The notes under the pieces are model-generated. The model was not told the origin of the DNA and did no database searches. It saw only the letters and a program-made list of their open reading frames with translations. From Mobula hypostoma (taxonomy: Eukaryota): a stretch of 64,000 nt of DNA. The position numbers and the translations under genes are program-made. The first letter of the stretch is position 1; each line of letters starts with the position of its first letter. The stretch covers positions 1,614,001 through 1,678,000 of the forward strand of contig NC_086109.1 of the NCBI RefSeq assembly GCF_963921235.1, read 5' to 3'. Shown here piece after piece: positions 63,490 through 64,000 of this stretch.

Positions 63490-64000
63490 CTAGCAGCTAG
63501 GATCTCCTGGTGACCAGCCATTTTAATTCCTATCTCCATTTACCCAATGACCCATACGTCTACAGCCTACTCTACTGCCACGCTAAGACCAGATGTAAAT
63601 TAGAGGAACAATATATACCCAATTTGATGGCATCAACACTGCCCTCTGCCCATCCTGTTCAAACCCATGACATTTTCCCTTACCCACCTTGCCCCTTTAC
63701 CTCCCATCTTTCCTCTCCCTCACCCTCACAGTCTACCTATCACTCACACCTTCCTCCCTCTGGTTCCCCATCTCCTTCCTTTTATTCCCTAGTTTACTCT
63801 CCTTTCCCATCAGATTCTTTCCTCAGCCTTCTGCCTCTTCCACCTATCACCTCCCAGCTTCTCACGTCATTCCCTAGCCACCCCGACCTTGATTCACCTA
63901 TCATCCACCAGCTCCTGCTCCTCTGCTTCCCCACCCCCCCTCAACTTTTATTCTGGCTTCTTCCCTCTTTCTTTCTAGTTCTGATGAAGGGTCTTGGCAT
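63490..64000 (+). mobile_element. Penelope-like element 3' remnant, cut by window end
   Basis: ccagccattttaattc...agaggaaca; pyrimidine tract; terminal ctgatgaagggtcttggc. Confidence 0.75.

Overview
Repeat-rich vertebrate genomic DNA, probably a cartilaginous fish such as a ray or shark (inferred from the CR1-dominated repeat mix with Penelope-like, Rex1 and V-SINE-type elements). The left end is a 7.8 kb C/A-rich 8-mer satellite. Most of the rest is LINEs (one CR1 has an uninterrupted 978-codon ORF2), Penelope-like elements with minimal hammerhead-ribozyme motifs, Tc1/mariner/Tigger remnants and minisatellites. Two spliced minus-strand genes can be read. Gene A has a CpG-island promoter, a 43-nt leader exon, two paralogous 330-nt Ig V-like exons lacking the canonical B-F cysteines (CD2/SLAM-like), and two paralogous short terminal exons each with its own AATAAA and no transmembrane segment. 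This L-V1-V2-T1-T2 layout may yield several secreted V-domain isoforms. Gene B, upstream on the same strand, is the 3' part of a type I membrane receptor: a transmembrane exon and a probable last exon with a TxYxxL (ITSM/ITIM-like) motif. Most long ORFs in the supplied track are artefacts of tandem repeats. Splice models were read by eye and are untested.
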